From: Myxococcota bacterium
GTDB taxonomy: Bacteria > Myxococcota_A > UBA9042 > PHBI01 > JAWLBL01
Length of the DNA: 64,000 nucleotides
NCBI GenBank assembly: GCA_041687695.1
Contig: JAWLBL010000002.1
Coordinates: forward strand, 262,761-326,760
Direction of reading: 5' to 3'
Below the pieces are notes generated by a model. It did no database searches. It was not told where the DNA came from and saw only the letters and a list, made by a program, of their open reading frames with translations. Positions 28,801 to 35,304 of the stretch are shown here, piece by piece (positions within the stretch are counted from its first letter, which is position 1; each line of letters begins with the position of its first letter). Position numbers and translations under genes: made by a program.

Positions 28801-29850
28801 CTGGCGGTCAACCTGGGCGCGCGCATCCGCACCGAGGACGCGGTGCTGCTCACCCGCACCTTCGGCAGCGAGCTGACCTACGGCGTCGGCGTCGAGACCC
28901 TGCTCGGCAACGACACGGTCACGCTGGCGACGGAGCTGTTCGGCCGCACCGACCTGTCGGACCCCTTCGGATCGCTCGAGAACTCGGGCCTCGAGCTGAT
29001 GTTCGGGCCCAAGTGGATGGTCGTGCCGGGGCTCAGCGTCCAGGCCGCGGCGGGCGCCGGCCTCGTGCAGGGCACCGGCACGCCGGACTTCCGGTTCGTC
29101 GCGGGGGTGCAGTGGGCGCCGCGCTTCGAGGACACCGACGGGGACGGCATCGCCGACGGCGAGGACCGCTGCCCGCTGGTGCCCGAGGACTTCGACGGGT
29201 ACGCCGACGCCGACGGCTGCCCCGACGAGGACAACGACGGCGACGGCATCCTGGACGTCAACGACAAGTGCCCGCTGCAGCCCGAGGACTTCAACGGCGT
29301 GGACGACCACGACGGCTGCCCCGACGCGCCGGACGTCTCGGACATGGACGGCGACGGCATCCCCGACCGCATCGACAAGTGCCCGAGCCTGCCCGAGACC
29401 TTCAACGGGCACCTCGACCAGGACGGCTGCCCCGACGAGCTGCCGCCGACCAACACGCAGCCCACCGGTCCGACGGTGCCGCCCGAGTGCCTGTTCGAGC
29501 TGAACCAGAAGGTGTTCTTCGTGAAGGGGGCGACGTCGCTCACGGACGAGGGCCGCGCCACGCTCGACGAGGTGGCCGAGGCCATCAAGGGCAACTATTT
29601 CATCACGACGGTGGCGGTGCAGGGCCACGCGGACGAGGAGGGCTCCGAGGTGGTCAACCTGAGCCTGTCCAAGCAGCGCGCGAAGGTGGTCGTCGACTAC
29701 CTGGTCGAGCGCGGCGTCGCGCGCGATCTGCTGCCGGCGCGCGGCTTCGGCGAGTCGAACCCCATCATCGACGAGCCCACCGAGGAGGCCTTCCGCCTCA
29801 ACCGACGCGTCGACTTCAAGGTCGAGCTCGGCGGCAAGTGCAGAGAGTAG
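19831..29850 (+). CDS. Giant surface protein (3339 aa): Myxococcus Cys-rich repeats, three beta-sandwich domains, lamin-tail-like domain, TSP3-like repeats, internal MYXO-CTERM, second signal, beta-barrel, TSP3, OmpA-like domain
   Basis: Single uninterrupted ORF; signal ending ALA-E; CGDG..GExCDDG repeats; ITEI...QWIEIYN; DxDGDG repeats; GHAD...NLSLSKQRA...NRRVDF. Confidence 0.9.
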   Translation: MLRRSQGSNRPLWVDGALRFGLACLVAGAVLAQPWQALAECGDSVVDDGEDCDGGGVDTVDCNADCTAVSCGDGYTNTEAGEACDDGGVDTAGCNADCTAVSCGDGYTNTAAGEACDDGGVDTAGCNADCTAVSCGDGYTNTAAGEDCDDGGVDTAGCNADCTAASCGDGYTNTEAGEACDDGGDTAACNGDCTLPECGDGYWNEAAGEGCDDGAETASCNADCTVAECGDGLVNAEAGETCDDGNAGGGDGCSDACVAETGFECPTPGEACTSICGDGVVVTGEACDDGVGNGTGEGKCLSDCSGVQTCGDGKLEGTEACETSGDSAGCNADCTLPACGDGHLNLAAGEVCDDGNTVGGDGCRADCLGEEECGDGLVDVGEACDDGGTSGGDGCTGSCQLEAGYTCDGAPTVCVASCGVDYGFDGGDHNWVVGGSAAGAFEYGASTFPGVAGGGVGFETALNADLPAGAVDTWVRGQVRVPAASNATKTELVLSYALEGNGADGCVTVYVNDDGSTASGQVHQDCATSAGTVEAVVDLSAHAGTSRFIVVRFQASDSEGFAGLFLDRVAVRADEDGDGVWEFEPQAACDKCVDKDDDGYGHASSHDLASCSAGATADCNDAVAAIHPGATEICDNTADDDCDGQVDLADANCKEDCTNGVDDGGNGLVDCQDVFCAADAFCDPCQREWTFTTGPGKWTSDNATLWQYLPTYSGDGPNDGVWKTGGTETVRDAFGGNGTYTGRVNLQLEVPAIAEGGPKPTLVVRFRHQGDSGNNTDVFGVCINHATCTFNSTSVVYKRATPTGGSYINSDPIDLSAYIGQTITLSLLYDTVNSNQNDNHGVTVSAVRLFSDADGDELFEGPDVACDPCWDVDADGYGHPLSPDLAACPFVQPDCDDGVLAINPGATEVCNTPEDDDCDGLVNGFDDDCGVEDCANGSDDNGDGLVDCADPVCAGDPWCAICGREFTFTTGGGGWVASDNDPDANAGTQVFQWGTNTAEADAGWETMLNANVSTAGSGRVLAHLARSVFVPTTMPAPALEITYRLTGEPNVAKDIFGVCLDKTTSQCDATQAANVAFQTGTNTPVGPTLSKAIVPIPDARKGSTLGIVLFYDTLDGSQNATPGVFIASVTLRSDMDGDGHFENADASCDHCLDADGDGYGDASNPFNDLNACPFAIADCDDADPDTHPGHAQEVCGDPLGKDNDCNGKADLEETVCSSCGNGIVEAGETCDDGPGGAQDVDGDGCSTTCQTEPGAIYITEIHVPKPGGNPGEQWIEIYNSSPGPIDLVSLDLRIKNLVGVTQSFVNDCTPITSTVIAGTSFYVIGFGPAQASDGLGPDATCSSLLQLSEGGDRVEISAAGTVVLDVVDYSSFGCHLGNMVTDGVGRSFVLTNATGRSNATNDSPSVWCLAGPTEDYSASGKHRGSPKTVGGCAEFACDGVDDDCDATTDEALPDDDGDGVCNQQDCAPANDKCATDCSDIDLDGLLDCVDACIDGDGDGYGVSYPERGAGVCLGTDCRDDNAFVFPGAPEATGSEFSCVDGIDNDCDGLVDCSDTGCFDEPACAGEICQAAVDVVCGQKLQVQPVFNDFPCGFGADYVLRFVAPKSEQVVFKLNNLGKRQYGMSVFADGCTNGQCSGSLLTFGSGCTNGGSDAINAVEGTEYFLVVDEVDTCSQGASTAVEVTVSCQEICDSGVDEDADGFTDCADSQCVGAASCAGADYDKDGVSNADEITCGSDPLNNLSKPTPDDLLDVDQDQVLNCVDPDDDGDGFSDAVEASQCLLNPTAKNDATIYPGAPETLDSCSKPNLDNDCNGYYDATEAKCGAKETSCANFIDDDGDGLTDCADTDCVPSVGCFDVDYDGDGVSNGFEIYCKTDPVDPNKKPSAQAASDTDGDGVPNCADLDDDGDDFSDVEELLCGSNPLDPNSIPADNDQDGQCDAADPDDDNDGFPDSIEQVCKSDSLDPLSTPLDPVHDIDQDGICNEQDTDADGDGWTNNMEAVCGTDPLSGASNPVANGLDVDGDGLCDALDTDDDGDGWSDEKEILCGTDKNNADSVPIDANGDGICDVLDQDADGDGWSNAEEALCGTDPLDAGSNPTANGLDMDGDKLCDEVDTDDDGDGWSDVLEGQCEKDPKDPLSVPVDTDGDGICNTLDNDDDNDGWLDPMELLCGTDPLAVDDFPTDTDGDGVCDMVDADADPDGDGWDTATETFCGTDPKDAASTPVDTDGDGLCDAKDTDIDDDGWSNDAEVQCGTDPMLASDVPVDTDGDSICDAVDTDDDGDGMQDADELLCGTDPLDKSVKPLEIDLVDTDGDGLANCVDGDDDGDGLPDVAEQAIGSSQYIKDSDGDGLLDGAEDANQNGVVDEGETSPVLKDTDSDGLDDGLEAASCYAGVGDAPCAPSLGWVADTDGDGLSDGQEDKNRNGKTDPGETSPLVADTDGDGASDGEEVLCATDPLDPESFPVDKDQNGICDGSEKDTDGDGIADGVEVFCGTDPKDLDSVPSLTDLDDFDGDGVINCADGDDDDDGVPDTDELICGYDPRDGTDKPTAVEIADKDGDGQLNCVDTDDDGDGLSDAKEAELGTDPLDMDTDDDGIPDGQEVTLGTDPKKADTDGDGLQDGTEFGLTSGTVDTDPDKFQPDLDPTTTTDPKKADTDGDGLKDGEEDANGNGRIDDGEGDPLDPSDGLADTDGDGLIDRDEVHKWNTDPQKKDTDGDGLDDKLEVDVYFTDPLDPDTDKGGVYDGIEVENGTDPADGEDDFDTAVLSGDNVFGCGGGQGAGPGTWLLVLLVGLGLALRRRTRRVAAIALLATSAATAGPSGEALAQAPAVGNVNIQAFTPAGGRYRVWSVEESIVGPAWTPFGSLIFHGEHDSLRLRAGRHEERLVAAQQVADLNIGLGLFDGLQAELNIPFVVSMESDEDTTSIAPVSGGGLADMALRVRGRILNNLLGGFGLGLSGGVTLPTGDGASFRGDPGVGVLVNAIADYRTPSVVLAVNLGARIRTEDAVLLTRTFGSELTYGVGVETLLGNDTVTLATELFGRTDLSDPFGSLENSGLELMFGPKWMVVPGLSVQAAAGAGLVQGTGTPDFRFVAGVQWAPRFEDTDGDGIADGEDRCPLVPEDFDGYADADGCPDEDNDGDGILDVNDKCPLQPEDFNGVDDHDGCPDAPDVSDMDGDGIPDRIDKCPSLPETFNGHLDQDGCPDELPPTNTQPTGPTVPPECLFELNQKVFFVKGATSLTDEGRATLDEVAEAIKGNYFITTVAVQGHADEEGSEVVNLSLSKQRAKVVVDYLVERGVARDLLPARGFGESNPIIDEPTEEAFRLNRRVDFKVELGGKCRE
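19984..20380 (+). repeat. About four near-identical 96-bp in-frame tandem repeats
   Basis: TGCAACGCGGACTGCACGGCC at 20014, 20110, 20206 and 20302. Confidence 0.95.
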
Positions 29851-29959
29851 ACGACGCGCGGCTGGCGCGGCCGTCCGTCGGCTGCGCCGCCCCGGCTGGC
29901 GTTTCGTCGGTCAGGTCGTTTTGCTAGGGTGGTCGGACCACTTCGGGGGTTGGGTGACG

Positions 29960-32900
29960 ATGTTGCGCATGGGTTGGATCGGCTGGTTGGCGCTCGCGCT
30001 CGTCGTGACGCAGGGGGCCTGTGGGGACATCGTGGCGCCGCCGGGCGAGGAGTCGGACGCCACCGGTGACACCGACAAGGACGCCACGGCCAACCGCCCG
30101 CCGGTCATCTCGCCGGTCAGCCCGCTCGACAAGCAGGTCGAGGGGGTGCTCATCGAGATCGAGCTGCAGGTGAGCGACCCCGACGACGACAAGGTCACGG
30201 TCACGGCGGCGGGGCTGCCCAACGGGGCGACCTTCGACGCGGCCAAGCGGCGCTTCGCGTGGACGCCGTCGGCCTCGACGGCCATGTACGGCGAGCCGAC
30301 CTCGGTGACGGTGACCTTCACGGCCAAGGACGACGGCGAGCCGCAGCAGAGCGACGAGCTGCAGCTGCAGATCGTCGTCTACAACGACCAGGACGGCGAC
30401 GGGATCCGCGACGAGGACGACGACGACCTCGACGGCGACGGGCTGACCAACGCCGAGGAGCTGGCGCTGGGCACCAAGGTCGAGGTCGACGACACCGACG
30501 GGGACAACGTCAAGGACGGCAACGACAACTGCCCGCTGACCAAGAACCAGGGGCAGAAGGACACGGACGCCGACGGGCGGGGCGACGACTGCGACCCCTG
30601 CCCGCTCGACGGGGACGACGACGCCGACGACGACGGGCACTGCGGCAACGTGGACAACTGCCCGGACGTGGCGAACGCCGACCAGAAGGACGACGACTCG
30701 GACGGCCAGGGCAACGCCTGCGACCCCTGGCCCACCGATCCCAACGACGACGCGGACGACGACGGCATCCCCGAGCCGGCCGACAACTGCCCGACGGTGG
30801 CCAACGCGGGGCAAGAGGACGCGGACGAGGACGGGATCGGGGACGCCTGCGACAGCTGCCCGGCCGACCCGCTGAACGACCAGGACAAGGATCTGGTCTG
30901 CGGTGACGTCGACAACTGCCCCGAGCACAACAACCCCAATCAGACCGACACCGACGAGGACGGCATCGGCGACGCCTGCGACACCTGCCCGAACCAGCCG
31001 GGCACGGATCTGGACGGCGACGGGGTGTGTGGCGACGACAACTGCCCGTCGGTGCCGAACGTCGACCAGAAGAACTCGGACGGCGACCTGCACGGCGACG
31101 TCTGCGACCCGTGCCCGTTCGACCCGAACGACGACGCGGACGACGACGGGGTCTGCGGCGACGTCGACGTCTGCCCCGAGGTGGCCGACGCGGGCCAGGA
31201 GGACGCGGACGAGGACGGAGTGGGCGACGCGTGCGACGCCTGCCCGCTCGACCCGAACAACGACGAGGACGCCGACGGGGTCTGCGGCGACGTGGACAAC
31301 TGCCCGACCGAGGCCAACGCCGACCAGGCGGACGTCGACGGCGACGGCCTGGGCGACGTCTGCGACCCGGACATCGACGGCGACGGCGTCCTCAACGGGG
31401 ACGACAACTGCCCCGCGGACGCGAACCCTGGCCAGCAGGACCTGGACGGGGACGGAAAGGGCGACGCGTGTGACGAGGACGCCGACGGCGACGGTGTCCT
31501 GGACGCTCAGGACAACTGCCCCGGCGTGGCCAACCCGACGCAGGTCGACGTCGACGGCGACGGGCTGGGCCTGGCCTGTGACGGTTGGGTCGACATCCCC
31601 AAGGTGATGCTGCCCGACTCGCCCTTCCTGGACGCGCTGGGCCACGCGCACGGCCGCACCGTGGCCTTGACGCTCTTCGGCGTGAACCCCTGCTCCGCCT
31701 TCCCCAGCGCCTGCGCCGACCCGACCTTGTTGGTCTTCGAGGGTGGCGAGTACTTCACGGGCCTGCCGGCCTACCTGCCCTTCGGACCGGACGGCGCCCT
31801 GGGGCAGCCGTTCGTCGGCCCCGACGAGGCGGCGTTCTTCCCCGCCCGCGACGGCAACGGCGGCTTCGCGCTCGACCGCGTCGTGGGCGGTGAGCTGGCC
31901 GAGGCCTTCGCCGACGAGATCTACAGCATCGCCAGCTTCGTCGCGGCCCCGAACGGCACGACCCTGGCGGCGGTCGACTACCAGGGCCGCGCGCTGCTGT
32001 CGCTCGACGCCGCGGGCGGCGCCCTCGAGGCGACCGGGACGGCGCTGCTCGACATGGCGGGCAAGGGGCCGGTCCGGGTCGGCGACACCCTGTACTACCC
32101 GGTGCAGACCAGCGCCACCAGCTTCGCCTTGCGGGCCTACCAGGGCACGACGACCCCGACCGAGCTGTTCAAGGGCTCGGTCGAGCTGCGCTTCATGCAG
32201 CTCGACGCGGCCACGGGCAACCCGTGGTACTGCGTGAAGCCGAACGCGTCCGCCAGCCTCCAACTGGTGATGGTGAACGGCAAGACCACGGCCAAGCAGC
32301 GCACCTTCAGCGGGCCGAGCTGCGCCAAGATCTCGGTGGCGAAGATGAGCCCCAAGGGCAACTGGTGGCTGGTCTACCAGGGCCTGCAGGCGGGTGACAC
32401 CCATCGCATCGAGCGCTGGGACCCGGTCGCCAACACCTCGCTGGCGGTCAACGGGAAGGAGCCCATCACGGTCCACTTCGCGGGCGAGGCCACCTACCTC
32501 GAGGCCGACTGTGGGACGAACTGCTTCTCGATCCGTTGGTACGATCCGGCCTCGGGGACCCTCGAGGTGGCGGTCCCGTCGGGTCTGAAGACCTATTACA
32601 ACCGCCAGATCCGGACCAGCGTCGACGGCCGCCTGGTCGTCATCGGGCGCGACGCGGCGCCGGGCAACCTGGCGAACCTGTTGGCCCTGCGCGTCGAGGG
32701 GAACAAGCTCAGTGAGGACGAGCTGGGGGCCTTCGGCAACGTGTTCCTGCAGGAGGCCTGGTTCGGGCCCAAGGGGCACCTGTGGGCGCGCATCTCGAAC
32801 GGCGGCACCGTCGAGATGGTCAGCTTGCACGAGGGCTCCGGTGGCCCGGTCAGCACGCTCCAGTTCAAGACCTCGGGCGGCGGGCACGTGACCTACTACG

Positions 32901-33523
32901 GCGATCGCGCCCTGGTCGGCGTCGACGGGACCGACAAGGGGCTGTACGTGGCCGAGGTCGTCGACGGCCTGCTCACCGTCGACAAGCTCGATGTCGAGGC
33001 CGCGGCTCCCCACAGCCACTTCCTGCCGACGCCCGACGGCTCCTACGCCAAGATCCCCTGGATCCGCTGGCCGCTCAGCAGCGGCAAGTGGGGGCTCGGC
33101 CGCTGGGTCGACGGCACCCTCGAGGTCGTCGCCGACGACCTGACCGGGCCGCCCATCCACATCCACACCCAGGCCGGCACCGGCCAGCCGTGGTTCGCGC
33201 TCCAGCGCGCCGGCGGGTTCGACTACGTGACGCTCGAGGACGGCGAGCTCGTGACCTGGCAGAGCGGACAGTTCGCCGTGCATCCGCTCTTCATCGGCGA
33301 CTCCAACCTCCTGTGGGGCCTCGCCACGCAGGCGACCGCCGCGGCCGACCGAGAGGTCTGCAAGCTGCCGCCGGCCAAGGAGTGCTGGAAGGTCCCGACG
33401 ACCGAAGGCGCCTTCCCGCTCTGGGGTCCCTTCGTGACGCCCGAAGGGAACGTCTTCGCCCTCCTGTACGACGAGGGCAGCGGCGCGGCCGCGCTGTGGC
33501 GCAACGTCGCGTCGCCGGAGTGA
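29960..33523 (+). CDS. Lipoprotein with putative Ig domain, thrombospondin type 3 repeats and a large C-terminal beta-rich domain
   Basis: Lipobox QGAC; NRPP...GLPNGATF...FAWTP; many DNCP..N..QxDxDxDGxGDACD units. Confidence 0.88.
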   Translation: MLRMGWIGWLALALVVTQGACGDIVAPPGEESDATGDTDKDATANRPPVISPVSPLDKQVEGVLIEIELQVSDPDDDKVTVTAAGLPNGATFDAAKRRFAWTPSASTAMYGEPTSVTVTFTAKDDGEPQQSDELQLQIVVYNDQDGDGIRDEDDDDLDGDGLTNAEELALGTKVEVDDTDGDNVKDGNDNCPLTKNQGQKDTDADGRGDDCDPCPLDGDDDADDDGHCGNVDNCPDVANADQKDDDSDGQGNACDPWPTDPNDDADDDGIPEPADNCPTVANAGQEDADEDGIGDACDSCPADPLNDQDKDLVCGDVDNCPEHNNPNQTDTDEDGIGDACDTCPNQPGTDLDGDGVCGDDNCPSVPNVDQKNSDGDLHGDVCDPCPFDPNDDADDDGVCGDVDVCPEVADAGQEDADEDGVGDACDACPLDPNNDEDADGVCGDVDNCPTEANADQADVDGDGLGDVCDPDIDGDGVLNGDDNCPADANPGQQDLDGDGKGDACDEDADGDGVLDAQDNCPGVANPTQVDVDGDGLGLACDGWVDIPKVMLPDSPFLDALGHAHGRTVALTLFGVNPCSAFPSACADPTLLVFEGGEYFTGLPAYLPFGPDGALGQPFVGPDEAAFFPARDGNGGFALDRVVGGELAEAFADEIYSIASFVAAPNGTTLAAVDYQGRALLSLDAAGGALEATGTALLDMAGKGPVRVGDTLYYPVQTSATSFALRAYQGTTTPTELFKGSVELRFMQLDAATGNPWYCVKPNASASLQLVMVNGKTTAKQRTFSGPSCAKISVAKMSPKGNWWLVYQGLQAGDTHRIERWDPVANTSLAVNGKEPITVHFAGEATYLEADCGTNCFSIRWYDPASGTLEVAVPSGLKTYYNRQIRTSVDGRLVVIGRDAAPGNLANLLALRVEGNKLSEDELGAFGNVFLQEAWFGPKGHLWARISNGGTVEMVSLHEGSGGPVSTLQFKTSGGGHVTYYGDRALVGVDGTDKGLYVAEVVDGLLTVDKLDVEAAAPHSHFLPTPDGSYAKIPWIRWPLSSGKWGLGRWVDGTLEVVADDLTGPPIHIHTQAGTGQPWFALQRAGGFDYVTLEDGELVTWQSGQFAVHPLFIGDSNLLWGLATQATAAADREVCKLPPAKECWKVPTTEGAFPLWGPFVTPEGNVFALLYDEGSGAAALWRNVASPE

Positions 33524-33663
33524 TGCACGCCAGCGCCGGCGCCGCTCGGGGCTTCACCGTGGGCGTCCCCGCTGGCATCGACGGGGCGCCGCGGAGCCGG
33601 CGCGCGCGACGGCTTCTCTGGTGCGCGTGACGGTCCTATCGTCCTGAGACAGGAGGCACTCCC

Positions 33664-34107
33664 ATGCAGGACAAGGTATCCCTCGCGGGCGGCGTCGCCG
33701 TCGCCCTGCTCGCGCTGCTCACCGCCGCGTGCGCCGCCCCCGGCCCCGCCGTGACCCCGCTCACCGACCCCGCCCAGGCGACCGCCCCCTCGGGCCCGAC
33801 GCTGCTCCTCGTCACCGACGGCTACGAGCTGCACTACCGCGAAGGCCGCGTGTATCAGGTCGTCACGCGCCCCGATCGCCTGCCGAGCGAGCTGCGCGAG
33901 ATCACGAGCTACGACGAGTTCCGCGATCTCTACGAGGTGCGCGAAGGCGCCGATCTCCCCGCCGAGCTGCCCTCCGAGGGCGTGCCGGTCAACGGCTGGC
34001 GCGATCAAGACTGCGTCCGCGCCGGCCACGCCTGCGGGCGCGCGCCCGAGGTGACGCCCAACACCATGATCCAGCTGCGCCTGCGCTTCCCTACCGGACG
34101 CCTGTGA
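33664..34107 (+). CDS. Hypothetical lipoprotein
   Basis: AGGAGG RBS; lipobox TAAC. Confidence 0.8.
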   Translation: MQDKVSLAGGVAVALLALLTAACAAPGPAVTPLTDPAQATAPSGPTLLLVTDGYELHYREGRVYQVVTRPDRLPSELREITSYDEFRDLYEVREGADLPAELPSEGVPVNGWRDQDCVRAGHACGRAPEVTPNTMIQLRLRFPTGRL

Positions 34108-34129
34108 CCCCGCCGGGCAGGCGCTCGCG

Positions 34130-34195
34130 CGGCCACTGACCGGGCGGTCACCGGCCACCGATCGGCCACTGGCCAGCGAGTGACCGGGCGCGATT
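34130..34195. repeat. Degenerate 11-bp-period direct repeat array (5-6 units), possible operator
   Basis: CGGCCACTGAC / CGGGCGGTCAC / CGGCCACCGAT / CGGCCACTGGC / CAGCGAGTGAC / CGGGCGCGATT. Confidence 0.6.
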
Positions 34196-34251
34196 TGCGC
34201 GCCGCGGGGGCGGGGTGGCATCCTAGGGCGTCTGTCACCCCGGAGCCCGCG

Positions 34252-35304
34252 CTGAGACGTCCCCTCGCCATCGCCGCCTTCGCGCTGGCGCTGCTCGGCT
34301 GCGGCGAGGCCGTCGACGAGGGCGTCCTGGCCGGCGGTCCGCCGCCCGCGCCGGAGCCCCCGGCCGATCAGGCGCTGGCGCTCGCGCCCGAAGAGCGGCC
34401 CCCGGACCGCGCCACGCTGCGCTTCGGGGTCACGCCCGCGGCGGCCGGCGTGACCTACACCCACGAGCTCTTCGACCCGGTCGTGCGCTACCTCGGCCGC
34501 ACCCTCCAGACCCCGGTCGAGCTGGTGGTCGCCCCCGATTACCAGGCGCTCATCGACGGCGTCGTCGGCGGCGACGTGGACTTTGCCCACATGCCGCCGC
34601 TGGCCTACGTCCTGGCGCGGCGCCAGCGGCCCGAGCTTCAGCTCCTGGCGTCCCAGATCGCCTACGGCGCGACGAGCTACTCGGCCTACATCGTCGTCCG
34701 CGCCGACGACCCGGCGGCGTCGCTGGCGGATCTGCAGGGCCGGCGCGTCGCCTTCGTCGACCCGCGATCCACGTCGGGCTACCTGTTCGCCTACGCCGCG
34801 CTCATCGAGCACGGGCTGGCGCCCGAGCGGACCTTCTCCGAGGTCCGCTTCGCGGGCTCGCACATGGCGGCCATCACCGCGCTCCGCGAGGGGCACGTCG
34901 ACGCCGCCGCGACCGCCTCGGGCATGCTGGGCATCGCCGCGCGCGACCTCCCGCGGCCCGCTCCGGGCGCCAGCGACGCGACCGAGCTTCGAATCCTCTT
35001 CAAGGCGGGTCGCATCCCCTACGACGCCCTGGTCGCCAGCCCTACCGTCCCGGCCAGCGGCGCCGAGAAGATCAGGTGGGCCTTCGTCCGCCTGAGCACG
35101 CGCACCGCCGAGGGGCGGACGGTCCTGGGCCCAAGCGACGGCACCAGCGGGTGGGCGCCGGCCGAGGATCGCAGCTACGACGACGTGCGGCAGGTCCTGG
35201 CGCGCGTCGAGGCCCAGCGGGGCCACCGGCTGGACGCGCCGCGTCCCGACCGCGCCGCGCCCGCGGCGCCCACAGAGGAGGCGACCGGTGTCCTTGGCCC
35301 CTGA
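34252..35304 (+). CDS. PhnD-family (phosphate/phosphite/phosphonate-type) substrate-binding lipoprotein; start uncertain (CTG 34252 or GTG 34180)
   Basis: Lipobox LLGC; LRFGVTP, DLQGRRVAFVDPRSTSGY, FAGSH and IPYD. Confidence 0.85.
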   Translation: MRRPLAIAAFALALLGCGEAVDEGVLAGGPPPAPEPPADQALALAPEERPPDRATLRFGVTPAAAGVTYTHELFDPVVRYLGRTLQTPVELVVAPDYQALIDGVVGGDVDFAHMPPLAYVLARRQRPELQLLASQIAYGATSYSAYIVVRADDPAASLADLQGRRVAFVDPRSTSGYLFAYAALIEHGLAPERTFSEVRFAGSHMAAITALREGHVDAAATASGMLGIAARDLPRPAPGASDATELRILFKAGRIPYDALVASPTVPASGAEKIRWAFVRLSTRTAEGRTVLGPSDGTSGWAPAEDRSYDDVRQVLARVEAQRGHRLDAPRPDRAAPAAPTEEATGVLGP

